This document shows positions 12,590 through 27,468 of a DNA stretch of 64,000 nt, piece by piece. Where the stretch lies: assembly GCA_964016885.1 (NCBI GenBank), contig OZ024751.1:16120001-16184000 (forward strand), written 5' to 3'. Below the pieces are notes generated by a model that worked only from the letters and a program-made list of their open reading frames with translations, made no database searches and was not told where the DNA came from. Source of the DNA: Eledone cirrhosa (Eukaryota). The position numbers and the translations under genes are program-made. The number at the start of each line of letters is the position of its first letter. The stretch's first letter is position 1.

Positions 12590-13247
12590 CTATAATTATA
12601 ATTGAAAGTTGTTAGATCTATAGATCGATAATACCAACCCAAATAGAAATACACAACTCACAGCGGAATAAAATCCCAACATTGAGGTTAATATTGCTTA
12701 TAAACTAACTTTCCAGTGGTTGACAAAAATAAAAGTACCAGTCAAATACTGAGGTTGATTTTAGCAGATTAATCTTTCCATCAAATGTTCTGTCCTTGTG
12801 CTAAAATATTGTGTTTGAATATTTTGCGTAAAGATACACTTTTTCATCTTAAGAGTGTTGCATCTCTTACAATATGTTCTTTTTAGGTTATTGACAGAAA
12901 ACACAGAAACAAAACCAAAACAACAACAACAAAAACGAAAGACCCCCCCCCCCCCCCCCCCCACACACACACACATAAAAAAACAAAACAAAACAAAAAC
13001 ACAACACAAAAAAACATAAAGAAAAATAAGTGAATCAAATCAAAGAAACTGATATAATGGTATTTCTTCAAGCACTGCAATCATTGTTGGCAAAAAATCT
13101 TGCTGACAAGAAATAAAAAACGTAATTCATTTTATAGTATTTATATAAATTACTACAGTATATTCTGAAGAGAGCGAGAGAGGAATAAAGTTTTCTCAGA
13201 AAATAAATTACAAAAATTAAAATTTATTTTAGGCTCTTTATTTGGCA

Positions 13248-13585
13248 GGGGTGGTGGATTGGCAGAGTCTAGTCGGTAGAGTGTGGGACAACATGTTTAG
13301 CGTCATATAGTTACGGCCCTGTGCCTTGTGCTTAAATCAGAAACCATTATGAAATATGCTTTGTGGCATAGAGTTACGAGCCTTTATGTTCTGAGTTCAT
13401 ATCCCGCCGAGGGTAACTGTGCCTTTCATCCCTACGGGGTCGATAAAATAAAGTACCAGTAATGTACTGGAGTCGATTTAATCGAATTTCTACTCCCCCC
13501 AAAATTCCTGGTTCTTGTGCCTAAATCAGAATCAAGTAATACACTGGGAATAATTGCTGGCCTTGTGCACAAGTAGAAAAAATAA
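13248..13585 (+). mobile_element. SINE with partial internal duplications
   Basis: ggtggattggcag head, gagttcatatccc B-box, shared core. Confidence 0.75.
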
Positions 13586-13809
13586 TAATCTTTTTTTTAT
13601 GGTTGTTTTAAATATAGTTCAATTTGAAACATCTTTTGAATTACTTGGCTGTGAGGGAATCAACACAGCTGGATAAAGTGGATATTGCTAATATATTTCT
13701 TAAAGAAATGCATCCGATATATAATTATTTTAGGAAGAGCTAATGTATGTATGTATGTATGTATGTATGTATGTATGTATGTATGTATGTATGTATGTAT
13801 GTATGTATG

Positions 13810-14213
13810 AGAGATGACCCCTTAGCCTTTGTCAAGGCAGAATTCTAGGAGAAGGAAAACTCTGATATAACACCTGCAACCCTGATGGTATCCAATGATG
13901 TTGACTTGTTCTTCTTTTTGGTAAATATCATCTTGGTTAAGAGAGTGGGACTGGCTTTGTGCAGTGCCTTTGCTCACTATAAAAGCTTCACGGCACAGGC
14001 ATTGCTTTATATCTGGAGATCTCTGCACTTGTCGTCACATGGTTCCATGGGCCCAGCACTATGTGTCAATAATTGTCACAGGTGTAGTGTTTGTACCAGA
14101 GTTTTCAGGTGGCTGGCTGGACTAAAAAGTCACACTCGTTCAGCGCATCGGTGGGGGTTCTCCTACATGGATATAAAGTAGTGGCCGTACTCGAAAACGA
14201 GTTGGCAGCCACC
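13810..14213 (+). mobile_element. Bipartite non-autonomous RTE-like element, 5'-truncated, in (TATG)n
   Basis: Near-identical to 50520-50920; ends ctcgaaaacgagttggcagccacc(atgt)n. Confidence 0.7.
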
Positions 14214-14235
14214 ATGTATGTATGTATGTATGTAT

Positions 14236-14520
14236 GTTCTTCTGGTTTTATAATTTCACAAAATGTTTCCCAGTAAGAGAGAGTCGGTTTCTAACATAGA
14301 CACAAGACTCTCTCATTGGAATTTATACAACATCAACTAGGTAGATTATGTCTGCATGTCTGCATGCATGTGTAGATATGGATGTTATTGTATATGTGGA
14401 TGTGTATGTTTTGAGTTGTATGTGTGCATGTGCATATGCTTAGTATCTGTACATGTGTATATTCAGTTATTAGATGCAAAAGTTTTGGAATGTTTTACAT
14501 ATTTTTACTGTTCCATTAAT
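14236..14520 (-). mobile_element. 3' end of an R4/Dong-type LINE in (TACA)n
   Basis: Encodes [14 protein letters not shown], like the C-terminus GTFKICKTFLRF of ORF 57998-60493; 3' UTR shared with 52452-52797 and 60540-60790. Confidence 0.75.
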
Positions 14521-14661
14521 TATGTATTTATGTATGTGTGTATGTATGTATGTAAATATGTATGTAGTTATGCATAGATGAGTGCATTTAGGTATGCATA
14601 TGTGTGTATGTATGTATGTATGTATGTATGTATGTATGTATGTATGTATGTATGTATGTAT

Positions 14662-14966
14662 GTCTTTTTGGTAAATATCATCTTGGTTAAGAGAGTGGGA
14701 CTGGCTTTGTGCAGTGCCTTTGCTCACTATAAAAGCTTCAGAGCACAGGCATTGCTTTATATCTGGAGATCTCTCTTCACTTGTCATCACATGGTACCAT
14801 GGGCCCAGCACTATGTGTCAATAATTGTCACAAGTGTAGTGTTTGTACCAGAGTTTTCAAGTCGCTGGCTGGACTAAAAAGTCACACTCGTTCAGCGCAT
14901 CGGTAGGGGTTCTCCTACATGGATATAAAGTAGTGGCCGTACTCGAAAACGAGTTGGCAGCCACCA
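14662..14966 (+). mobile_element. Bipartite RTE-like element, shorter copy, in (TATG)n
   Basis: Matches 13912-14213. Confidence 0.7.
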
Positions 14967-15303
14967 TGTATGTATGTATGTATGTAAATATATATGTTTG
15001 TAGTTCTGGATGGATGGATGCCTTTAGGTATGTATAAGTATGCATGTATCTATGTATGTACATATCTATATAAATATGTATGTATGTATGGGTGGATGGA
15101 TGAATGGAAGGATGGATGCATGGATATTGAATGGATATGTGTATGTATGTAAATATGTTTGTATGTACATATGTATGTATATATACATTCATATGTTCGT
15201 ATGTTTATATGTATGTATATATGTATGTATATATGTATTTATATATGTATGTATGTACACATGTATGTATATATACATATGTATCTATATATGTACGTAA
15301 ATA

Positions 15304-15374
<71 letters not shown>

Positions 15375-15627
15375 TTATTACCAAATAAAACAACGTGTTT
15401 CACATTAATATCTCTTACGGCATTATACATCTAAGCAATTTTAATTCTTAAATTCCATTTACCTTACTGAATAGCTGATAACATTTTGTAATGTTTCTAG
15501 AAGGCGATATCGAATAATATACTTATAATATATTTATTACTAAACGTAAATTCCCAAATTATAATATTTAGAAAATATTTCTATCTAATATGATTTGTAA
15601 TGCTATATCATGCTTCGGAGGCTTGTC

Positions 15628-15694
<67 letters not shown>

Positions 15695-15715
15695 AAATAA
15701 TAATAATATTAATAA

Positions 15716-16740
15716 TCAAACTCGTTTTGAAACACGAAAGCATCAAAAGATGCTGAAATGGAAAACACAGAAAAAGCAAAGCAGGTAAAAGTAACTGCAA
15801 AGAAAGAACTGCTACAGAAACTGGTTAAGAAATGGCAAGAAAAGCCTCTGTATGGAAAATACCCAGAAAGAGCTGACAATCCTGATGTTGACAAAACTTT
15901 AACCCATCAGTGGTTGGCATCCTCTGGACTGAAATCGGAGACTGAAGGACTGATTATATCAGCACAAGATCAGTGTCTGCCAACAAAAAATTACCAAGCC
16001 AACATAATAAAAAATGGATGCAACCCATTATGCCGTGTATGTAAAAAACAACCAGAGACCATTGATCATATAATTTCAATGTGCAGTCCTATAACTCCAA
16101 ACTAACACCTGAACAGGCATGACAGAGCTGCACAATACATACATTGGATAATGTGTAAGCATTTTGACCTGCCCCATCAAAAGAATTGGTGGGAGCATCA
16201 ACCACCTCCCATACTTGAAAAAGATCACATCTCAATCTTGTGGAACTTTAGCATCCAAACAGACCGAAAAATAGATGCAAATAGACCTGATATAATACTG
16301 AAGGACTTTAAAAAGAGGGTATGCCTGCTAATTGATATGTCCGTTCCAATAGACAAGAATGTATCTATAAAAACATTTGAAAAATTGAGTAAGTATAAGG
16401 AACTGGAGATAGAAATTGGAAAAATGTGGAAATTGAGAACTAAAACAATACCAGTGGTTGTAGGCGCTCTAGGAATGATACCTAACCGGTCTAATGATTA
16501 CTTATCGCAAATCCCAGGAAACCCGCGTATAGGAGAAATACAAAAGATAGTACTAATGGGAACTGCCCATATACTAAGGAAGATTCTGTCAATATAAGTA
16601 CATCACAAGTCTAAACACCTAAAGATGCATGTGTGTGTATGTATGTTCTTTCTTGAACATGGCGGACCTTGTTGTCTTTTGAGGTCACTGGTTGTGACTT
16701 GGTGATAACTCGTATGAACATAAAGTAAGATAAATGCAAC

Positions 16741-16742
<2 letters not shown>
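15716..16742 (+). mobile_element. 5'-truncated R4/Dong-type RLE LINE in (TAA)n
   Basis: WQEKPLYGKY, LKSETEG..AQDQ, CRVC..ETIDHIISMC zinc knuckle, RHD, NRPDII...LIDMSVP RLE motif; one in-frame stop; (TAA)n on both sides; 3' UTR repeated at 19178-19308. Confidence 0.9.
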
Positions 16743-16775
<33 letters not shown>

Positions 16776-16776
<1 letters not shown>

Positions 16777-16958
16777 TGTTTCTACTTTAGGCACAAGGCT
16801 TGCAATTATCCGAGTGCATTACTGGTACTTTATTTTATCGACCCCGTAAGGATGAAAGGCAAAGTCAACCTCGGCGGGATTTGAACTCAGATCGTAAAGG
16901 GACGTAACTATGCTGGAAAGCATGGCGTCCGACCCTCTACCGATACTGCCAATCCACC
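16776..16958 (-). mobile_element. tRNA-derived SINE inserted in (TAA)n
   Basis: Full core and head; TAA repeats on both sides. Confidence 0.9.
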
Positions 16959-16969
16959 ATATAATAATA

Positions 16970-19150
16970 ACACACGAACAAACATGCAAATGCGGAAATC
17001 ACCAGGCCCAGATGGTGTGCAGGGGTATTGGATTAAAAATATAACATCACTCCACCCGAAACTGACAACCATGTTCAATGACTACTTGATGTCAGGTGAG
17101 GTACCAGAGTGGTTGACAAAAGGTACCACAGTTCTGGTAATGAAATACCGAATCAAGGGTAATGATGTTACCAACTATAGACCTATCACATGTCTGTCCG
17201 TAATGTGGAAACTGTTGACAAGCATTGTGTCTGAGGAAATCTACCATCACCTCCACACAAACAACTTGTTACCGGACGAACAGAAAGGATGCTGAAAGAA
17301 GTCCCGTGGTACAAAGGACCAGTTACTTATTGATGAGATGGTAATGAGGAATTGCAAGAGGAGACACACTTGTCTTGCCATGGGATGGATAGACTACAAA
17401 CAGGCATTTGACATGGTGCCTCATTCTTGGATCACCAAAAGCCTAGAGATCTTCAAGGTGGCAGATAACATCAGACAGTTGTTGAGCAAAAGTATGAAGT
17501 CCTGGAAAACAGAGTTAACATCAGCTGGAGAATCCGTGGGAGGCGTGAAGATCAAGAGAGGTATCTTCCAGGGAGATAGTCTGTCCCCTCTGTTGTTTGT
17601 CCTTACCCTGATGCCCCTGACCATTATACTGCGAAAAGTGAGAACAGGATACAAGTTGGGAAAGGGAGAGCTTACCATCAATCACCTCCTCTTCATGGAC
17701 GATCTTAAGCTCTTCAGGAAGAGTGAAAAGGAGTTGGATATGCTTGTTGACACTGGCCGTATTTTCAGCAATGATATATCTATGCAATTTGGTATTAGTA
17801 AGTGTGGAGTCCTTGTGATGAAGAGGGGTATATTGAGCAGAAGCAACGGAATCCAGGTACCAACAGGTGAGATGATAAAGGAAATTGACACTGAAGAAGG
17901 ATACACGTATTTGGGTGTTCTGGAGACTGATGACATCAAGAACAAAAACATGAAGGAATTGATAAGATCTGAATACATTCGGAGAATAAGGAGCGTATTA
18001 AAATCACATCTAAATAGTAGGAATGCGATAAGTGCAGTAAATTCCCGAGCTGTGTCTATTATTAGGTACAGTGCGGAAATTCTGAGATGGACTGTTGCTG
18101 AACAAAAAGAAATGGATAGGAAGACTAGGAAGCTATTGACTATCTACAACATGTTCCACAAGAGGAGTGATGTCGATAGACTCTACTTAAGGAGATCTGA
18201 CGGTGGAAGAGGTCTTATCAGCATGCATAGAGGACTGTGTTCAGATGGAGAAAAACAACCTACACAAATACGTGACTGATAGTAGGGAGCCAATGCTCAG
18301 AATTGTACTGAAGGAGAGGACAATAGACCAGGGGATGTCCAAGGAGGAAGAGCATCCTTCATGAAAAATCCCTTCATAGTACCTTCTTTGAGAAAACTGA
18401 ATTCAGAGATCCACAGACATGGAACTGGTTGAAAAGAGGAGACCTTTAAAAGGCTACAGAAGGAATGCTAATGGCTGCGCAAGAGCAGGCCCTCAAAACG
18501 AATTGGCTGAAACACCATATTTACAAGGAGGAGGCTATCCCACTGTGCAGGATCTGTGGAGAGAGAGAGGAGAATGTGGATCACATTGTATCCGAGTGTA
18601 AACACCTAGCCCAGACTCACTATAAGGGCTGCAGACATGATGTGATAGGCAGGGTGATCCACTGGCACCTATGCAAAGTAAACAATTTACCACATTCTGA
18701 GAAGTAGTATGAGCATAAGCCAGAGTCGGTGATAGAAAACGATCAGGTGAAGGTGCTGTGGGATTTTAGGATACAGACGGACAAGAAACTGGAACGCAAT
18801 AGACCTGACCTGGTGGTTTTGGACAAGAAAAAAAGATCGTGCCTGATTGTGGATGTGGCCTGCTCATTAGACACGAGAGTGCAAGAGAAGGAGAGGGAGA
18901 AAATTAACCGATACCAGGACTTAAAGTGGGAGGTAAATCTCAAAGAGTTTCCAGGGATGGTTAAAGAAAATTGGCCCCGCCCCGCTTTTTGGAACACTTC
19001 AAAAGGCATGCTTGCTGGGAACAGCAAGAACCCTCCGATACGTCCTGAATATCTGAGGCTGCAGGTAGTGGCTTGATATTCATTTCAACAAACTTTCCAG
19101 TTAACCAATATCAATGACTGAGACTCAAAGAACAATAATATTAATAATGA
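16970..19150 (+). mobile_element. Degenerate R4/Dong-type LINE (RT plus RLE)
   Basis: [61 protein letters not shown]; stops and frameshifts; TAA-like tail. Confidence 0.92.
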
Positions 19151-19552
19151 TGATAATAATAATATTGATAATAATTGATGTGTGTGTATGTATGTTCTTT
19201 CTTGAACATGGCGGACCTTGTTGTCTCTTGAGGTCACTGGTTGTGACCTGGTGATAACTCGTATGAACATAAAGCAAGATAAATGCAACTGTAATAGTAA
19301 TAATAATTATAGGTGTGTATATATATATATAAATATATATAGTAGAATAATCGAGTATCGAAAAATCGGCGCACGAGTTCACGATAAACAAAATTCGACA
19401 TGAGTGGCAGAGGGCTCAATAATTCAGATAAATCAGAGCTATAACTATCGTTAAAATACCAACACACAAAGATTATGTCTAAAATCACCCATACGACCGA
19501 ACAATTACGATCAGGAAGATTCGGGTCACTCAGATAAAATATCAATAAATCA

Positions 19553-19591
<39 letters not shown>

Positions 19592-19616
19592 TATAATTAG
19601 AGGTGTATATCTCTCT

Positions 19617-19710
<94 letters not shown>

Positions 19711-20022
19711 ATATGTATAATTTGATTTTGAATTTGTTTTGCGAGATTTCTTATCTGAAGATGTGAGTTAAAACAGATATTGTTATACCTTGGGATTTTT
19801 AAATTTTATTTCTAATATTTAATATTTGATAAGAGGAATTGCATCGAAACCTATAATATTTTATATATTTTATAAATCATCTTTTTTTAAAAAAGTATTT
19901 CCTCCCTTTCTCAAAAATAACATTTTGTCAGAATAAAGAATAAAATAGGATTTGAAATACTGTTTTTGCTATAACCTTTGATTTGTATAGAACCTAACCC
20001 TCTTTTCAACTATACATGTATG

Positions 20023-20093
<71 letters not shown>

Positions 20094-20094
20094 G

Positions 20095-21835
20095 AAAATG
20101 AGGAAGAAAAATATATTTTTTTCCTTTTTTTGTCTCTCTCTCTCTCTTTTCTGGGTTAGAAAATGATTAAAACGAAATGTTTTACTTTGTGTGAAGTGTT
20201 AAGGTATTAGTTGATTTATTTATTATTTAACAATGGCATTTATTTATCTATTTATATATTTAATTATTGTCTATTACCGGTTTCTGCATTTATATGCATT
20301 GTCAAATGATAGTGAAATGTATTAGTGTGGTGTCGCACATGTTAAACAGAAGGTGCAGAAAGAATAATGTTATATACCTACAAGGTTTAAGAAGTGAAAA
20401 GAAAAAAGAAAAAGGAAAAAAAACGTGCATAATGTGGAACGTAAAAAGTCAATGTGGAAGAAAAAATAATCTTACTTACAAGCACAGTCATTGAAGTTAA
20501 GCAGTTGTAAATGTGTTAATATCGCAAGAGTGCTTAGTTGAACTATGGTTCCGTGAAGGAGGCAAATGGTGGACTGTGGTTTGATATTATTTCCCTTTTT
20601 AGAGAGTTAATATGCAGGGGAAGCAATTCTTGCTGGGTGATATTTAATTTATTTAAGAAAAAGGATTAAGTAGGGTGTGAGGGAGGTAACTCTTGTAAAT
20701 GTTTGATGGTTTGTTGCAGTTTTAGATTGGGCCGATCTTTAGGGCATTGAGTAGTGGTTGAAATTTATTAATGAAATGTGTTTCCTTATTGGTACGTTGG
20801 ATGAAAGTAGCGTTGTCTATGAATTTGTAAATGGGGAACATTTTAAAGTTTGGATGTTGGTTGAGAGCACAATTGGCGATATGTTCACTAAATGCAATCT
20901 TTATGTATTCCTGTATTTTAATTTGTGATTTATAGACGGTCATACGTTGACGGAGGCTGTTTTTTGTCTGTCCTATGTAGTGCTCTTGACAACCTGAGCA
21001 GGTCAAATCATAGATAAGGTTTTCAGATGCACATGTAAAGTTGTGTTTAACTGTGAAACGTTGTCCTTGTTTAAAATGGAATGTTGAACCTTCTATTAGA
21101 TTTATGCATATGCCACAGTTGGGCCTTCCGCATTTTGTTACTGTAGGATTTATTGTGAGGGTTTGTTGGATTTTGGCTTGTGTGAGGATGTTTTTTATTG
21201 ATTTGGGTTGTCTTTTGCTATTTATGATGTTGTGTGTTTGGAGGATATTGTTCATAAATTAAATATCACCAAGTAAGAATTGCTTCCCCGTGCATATAAA
21301 CTTTCTAAAAAGGGAAATCATATCAAACCACAGTCCACTGTTTGCCTCCTTCACGGAACCATAGTTCAACTAAGCACTCTTGCGATATTAACACATTTTG
21401 AACTGCTTAACTTCAATGACTCTGCTTGTAAATAACATTATTTTTTCTTCCACATTGACTTTTTACGTTCCACATTATGCACGTTTTTTTTCCTTTTTCT
21501 TTTTTCTTTTCACTTCTTAAACCTTGTTTGTATATAACATTATTCTTTCTGCACCTTCTGTTTAACATGTGCGACACCACACTAATACATTTCACTATCA
21601 TTTGATAATGTATATAAATGCAGAAACCGGTAATAGACAATAATTAAATATATAAATAGATAAATAAATGCCATTGTTAAATAATAAATAAATCAACTAA
21701 TACCTTAACACTTCACACAAATAAAACATTTCGTTTTAATCATTTTCTAACCCAGAAAAGAGAGAGAGAGAGACAAAAAAAGGAAAAAAAGAAAAATGTT
21801 CTTCCTCATAATCGTCTCTTTCTCCCTGTTTTCAT
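20095..21835 (-). mobile_element. Penelope-like element 3' portion with about 550-bp inverted terminal duplication
   Basis: 20100-20650 is the reverse complement of 21257-21810; GIY-YIG ORF between the arms; (TA)n on both sides. Confidence 0.88.
20722..21255 (-). pseudogene. PLE GIY-YIG endonuclease with Cys-rich linker (Neptune-like), 5'-truncated
   Basis: KCGRPNCGIC...NFTCASENLIYDLTCSGCQEHYIGQT...LRQRM...EH...KETHFI..FQPLLN. Confidence 0.88.
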
Positions 21836-21866
21836 ATATATATATATTATATATATATATATATAT

Positions 21867-21991
<125 letters not shown>

Positions 21992-22316
21992 GGAGGTGAG
22001 TTTTATTGTAGTACAATAAAGCAATGCAGATATCGGATAAGAAGCACTCTACAGTTTGTAGGACTGGAGCATAAATAATATATAAAATCAAAAGATGGTT
22101 AAAAGAGTTCCATGTATTTTATTATGCGCATTTCAAAAACAAATATCATCATGCAATAACATTTGTATTTTCGTCAGATAAAGTAGGAAGACATGATATG
22201 ATGGTTAAAATACACTTGTGAATAGTGCAGTTTTAAATCAACATATGTTGATTTAAAACTGCATTATTCACAAGTGTATTTTAACCATCATATCATGTCT
22301 TCCTATTTTATCTGAC

Positions 22317-23650
22317 GCTCATAGCTGAATCAATGACCGAACTAGAGAAGAAATTCCAAACATGGAAGCACGGCCTAGAATCAAAAGGCCTTAAAATTAA
22401 CCTGGCTAAGACTAAAGTTCTAGTTTGTAGGAAAGAAAATAAGGCGGCGGTCCCATCTGGAAAATGGCCATGCTCAGTGTGTAGGAAAGGCGTAGGTAGA
22501 AACTCCATTTTATGTCCCAAATGCAAAGTATGGGTGCATAAAAGATGTAGTGGGATCACAGTTAAGCTAACTAAGAACATAGATTTTACATGTGGCCGGT
22601 GCTCTGGTGCAAAAAGTAGCAGCAAGTGCCCACAAAATACTAGCTCCTTCAACTGCGCAGAGGGTTCTATAGAAATAGTGGACAGCTTCCGTTATCTGGG
22701 TGACAAAATCAGCAGTGGGGGAGGGTGCTCTGAAAGTACAGTAGCTAGAGTCAGAACTGGATGGAAAAAGTTCAGAGAGCTTATACCACTATTAGCCGCT
22801 AGAGGGTTCTCCCTAAAAATGAAAGGCAGGTTATACGATGCCTGCACACGAACAGCAATGCTGCATGGCAGTCAGACCTGGGCATTGTGTGCAGAGGATA
22901 TACGCAGACTAGAGAGGAACGAAGCTTGCATGCTCCGCTGGATGTGCAATAGTAATATACGTGAACGGCAAAGCATAAACGAACTAAGGAAAAAATTAGA
23001 AATAAGAGGGATCAGATGTTGTTTACTCGAGAGAAGGCTACGTTGGTACGGTCACGTGATGCGCATGAAAGACGACAGCTGTATAACAAAGTGCAGGGCA
23101 ATAAAGATAGACGGTAGCCACGGAGTAGGCAGACCCAGAAAAACATGGGACGAGCTGATAAATTCCGACCTCACACGCTTACACCTCTCCAAGACAATGT
23201 CACTGGACCGAGACCTTTGGCGGTACTCAGTAATAGAGAAGACCCGCCTTACCTAAATACAAAGTAAAAGCCTACTACAGTCAGTAGGCATCTCTATCAA
23301 AACACACACCCGTCCCACCACCTCCACCCCACCCACACCGCCCCTTTCAATGTAAAGTTATGTTGGTCCCACAACATCCAGGCCGAAACAAATGAGATCG
23401 TGTAGGTGTCACGACAAAAAACACACAGTCCACGCTGTAAATGTGGCCGTGTAGGCAACACGGTAAAAACCTCCCAGCCCCACACTGTAAATGTGGTTGG
23501 TGTTAGGAAGGGCATCCAACTGTAGAAAACCGGCCAGACAGTCCTATGCGAGCAAGACAACCACTCTTGCCTCAAGTGGGAAAACCCCCGTCCAAACCCA
23601 TGCAAGCGTGGAACACGGACGCTAAACCTGATGATGATGATGATGATGAT
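22317..23650 (+). mobile_element. 5'-truncated RTE-clade LINE with a Cys/His-rich PHD-like insertion
   Basis: ORF 22333-23256: GLKINLAKTK, CSVC..C..C..WVHKRC..CGRC, FRYLG, RLRWYGHVMRM, GRPRKTW; tail (GAT)n. Confidence 0.9.
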
Positions 23651-23651
23651 A

Positions 23652-24010
23652 TATATTTAATATAGAAAAGCTTCTACAGGACTAGACCTGTTTCATTCGA
23701 TGATTTCTCACGAATGAAACAGTTCTAGTCCTGTAGAAGCTTTTCTATATTAAACATTTATATTCCGGGTTCGATCGGGGGTAACCACAGTAAGGTACCC
23801 AACACATAGCAGTAAGATGTGGTAAGATACCCGGTGGACCATAACGCACCAGAGTACTCAATCCGAACGTCCGGATCTATCTGTGGAAACGGCCGGAGCT
23901 GAGCCGTCGGCGTCCTGAATCTTTTCATATTACCCACTCTACTACCCTAAGTATTGAGTACTCTGGTGCGTTATGGTCCACCTGGTATCTTACCACACCC
24001 TCTTTGTTAT
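23652..24010. mobile_element. Two adjacent fold-back terminal modules (23652-23752 and 23815-24000)
   Basis: gaaaagcttctacaggactag..tgtttcattcg / cgaatgaaaca..ctagtcctgtagaagcttttc; tgtggtaagatacc..agagtactcaat / attgagtactct..ggtatcttaccaca; the latter family also occurs at 1590-1645, 27061-27250 and 32340-32450. Confidence 0.65.
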
Positions 24011-24624
24011 ATATATATATATGAGGAAAGGAAATCTAAAATGCAATAGGATTCTTTTTAAAAATGTTTATTTATTTCCTTTAACCGGTTTCACAGTTCT
24101 TATGCTTTTCAAATATTTAAAATTGAGATGGATGGTTTAAAGGACTCGCTGGAAGGCGTGTTTGGGGTCTTCGAAACATGACTCTCACAGGATTAAGTAG
24201 GTGAGGGAGAAGATATACTGACAGTATCCACTTTATCTGAAATGTTGATTCACTCAAAAATGTAATTCAAATTCACCAAATAATTCAAAAGTTATTTGAG
24301 CTTGAACTTATTTTTAAATTTGCAAAAAACAAAAACAGAAAACAGTCAAAACAAAACAAAAACAAATTCCACACGACCTGAGCAATCTAATTGATAGGAA
24401 ACCAAGCATATAAATATGAATCAGAATCAAGATTAGTTAGAATCAGTGGCTCTTTCACCATTTATTAGTTATTATTACCTACTTTGAATGATCTGGCGTA
24501 TGTTTTGTGTCTGTGAAATTACAACTAATGTAGTTCTAAATTTCAAATTGATATACTGATAATCCAATTGTTTAACTAATGCGCCATGTATTCAGTTGAG
24601 TGAACGTTTCTTTGTACCCATATT

Positions 24625-24656
<32 letters not shown>

Positions 24657-24958
24657 TGTATGTATGTATGTATGTATGTATGTATGTATGTATGTATGTA
24701 TGTATGTATGTATGGATGGATGGATGGATGTATGTATGTATGTATGTATGTATGTATGTATGTATGTATGGATGGATGTATGTATGAATGTGTGTATGTA
24801 TGCATGTATTTATGTATGTATGTGGCCTGGGCCAATACTTTCCGAAACCTATTAAAGTTATCAAAGTTTATACACACACACATATATATATATACATATA
24901 CGTATTTATATATACATATATATATATGTATATATATGTATATATATATATATATTTA

Positions 24959-24989
<31 letters not shown>

Positions 24990-25102
24990 ATATATATAGA
25001 GAGAGATAGATATCGCTAAAAACCTTTCTCCGATATTATATTTATATATATATATATATATATATTTTTAAATATATAGATAGATAGATAGATAGATAGA
25101 TG

Positions 25103-25141
<39 letters not shown>

Positions 25142-25150
25142 TTATATACA

Positions 25151-25235
<85 letters not shown>

Positions 25236-26538
25236 ATTTATATATATATAAGTATATATATTGGTGTGTATGTTTGTATTAGGTATGTACGTATGCATGC
25301 CCGTACTACAGAAAAGCTACACAATACACTATAGGTATGTACATATGTATATATGTATATGGGCTTGTATTATGCGTGTATGTATGTGTGCATATGCGCT
25401 TATATTCAAATTTTATTTTCCTCTTTCAAAATATAATAGGCAATATTTAAACATTTTATACAAAATTTGTAGATTTTGTGCAACCATTATTTTTGTGGAA
25501 TATATGAATTGTGTTTTAGAAAGGAAATCAATACGATTATGAATAACGAAATCATTATTTATTCAATAAGTGCTAATATCCGTGAAATAGTTATACTTTT
25601 GTAGAGTTGTCGTCTCCATAATTCTCTATCGATTAAAACATTTTCTTGGATGCCTAGGGTAAATATAATCAAATAAATTTGAGCGACTTCCGCTACACAG
25701 TGTGTGTGTGTTTGTTTGAATGTATGTGTGTGTTTGTGTGAATGTATGTGTGTGTGTGTGTTTGTGTGAATGTATATGTGTGTGTGTGTTTGTGTGAATG
25801 TATATGTGTGTGTGTTTGTGTGAATGTATGTCTCTGTGTGTGTGTATTTCTGTAAGTGTGTTTGTGTTTCCGAGTTTATATTTATATACTCATACATTCA
25901 TCAGCGTGTTGAAAAGAATTCTAGTATAATAAAATTCCATCCAAGAAATCTCATGGACCGACTCAGACTTTTGAATGTGAGCATCTTTATGTTCTTTCTA
26001 TCACCAAGAAACGGAGAATGTTCTATCCATCTTCTCAGCAGTTGTAAACCAAGTACTGGATGAATGCATATGCTATTACATTGTCATCTCATAAATTATC
26101 TGTTTAAAGACTCTGCAGTTAATGTCGTTAATATTTTAGTAATAGACTTAATTCTAGATACATCAATTTACCTAGATGTCCGATATGGTAAAATGGTGCA
26201 TCGTTTATCTCTATATGACCTATGAGTCAAACTTTCTAGATACAGGAACATTTCGCTATTTCATTAGTTTACCTGTTTACCATAGACTAACTGAAAAATA
26301 AAAGTAAAACTTAAGAGACCGAAACGATCTGAGGTCTCCATTTATTTCTATAGATCATATCATGTATACGGTATCCTAAGTTGTTCAATGATTAGTAACA
26401 GATTTAATGGGAGGGATTCATATGTACAGGTTCTTATTTAATGCCGTTTGTTTCTAAGTCTGAATATTCACAAATCTCAGTTTGGAATTACAGTTAATAT
26501 ATTCGAGAGAGCGAGCGAGTGAGCAAGAGAGAGAGAGC

Positions 26539-26576
<38 letters not shown>

Positions 26577-26788
26577 TAGCGAAAGAGAGAGAGAGAGAGA
26601 GAATGAGAGAGAGGGAGAGAGAGAGATCCTTAATTATTTAACACACACACAGGCACACACACACACGCACACAGAGACTCTCTCTCACACACACACGCAC
26701 ATATACACATACACACACACACACAGGCAGTAACACACATACACACACACATGTTTGTTTGAGTGTATAGCTATATATATCATAGTAA

Positions 26789-26975
26789 AGGCGCGTGGCT
26801 GAGTGGTTAGAGAATTGGATTCGCAATTGTGAGGTTGTGAGTTCGATCTTCCGACCGAACGATGCGTTATGTCCTTGAGTTGTGACCGTTGGATAGTATT
26901 ACCAATTGGAAAGATTAACGGAAACATTGTTTCCTCGGTCCGATTTGACGAAAGTCGATCGACTGTCGATCGATC
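26789..26975 (+). mobile_element. Second tRNA-derived SINE family, internally deleted
   Basis: ggcgcgtggctgagtggttaga A-box, gagttcgatc B-box; fuller copy at 46737-46950 (-). Confidence 0.75.
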
Positions 26976-27247
26976 GACTATATATATATACGTATATAGC
27001 TGAATATATATATAATATACATATGTATGTGTATATATATATACATATATATATAAGAAAATGTATGACCCCGACGGCAGAGCTCAATCCGTTTCGACGG
27101 CTATTTATGGACTCAGAAATAGCCGTCGAAACGGCTTGAGCTCTGCCGTCGGGGGTCATATATTTTCCTATTACCCACTCTACTACCCTAAGTATTGAGT
27201 ACTCTGGTGCGTTATGGTCCATCTGGTTCCTTACCACAACTCCTTCG

Positions 27248-27343
<96 letters not shown>

Positions 27344-27468
27344 ATATATAAGATCAAAAGATGGTTAAATGAGTTCCATGTATTTTATTATGCGCATTTC
27401 AAAATCAACATGTTGATTTAAAACTGCACTATCCACAAGTGTTTTTCAAACTTCATATCATGTCCTCC

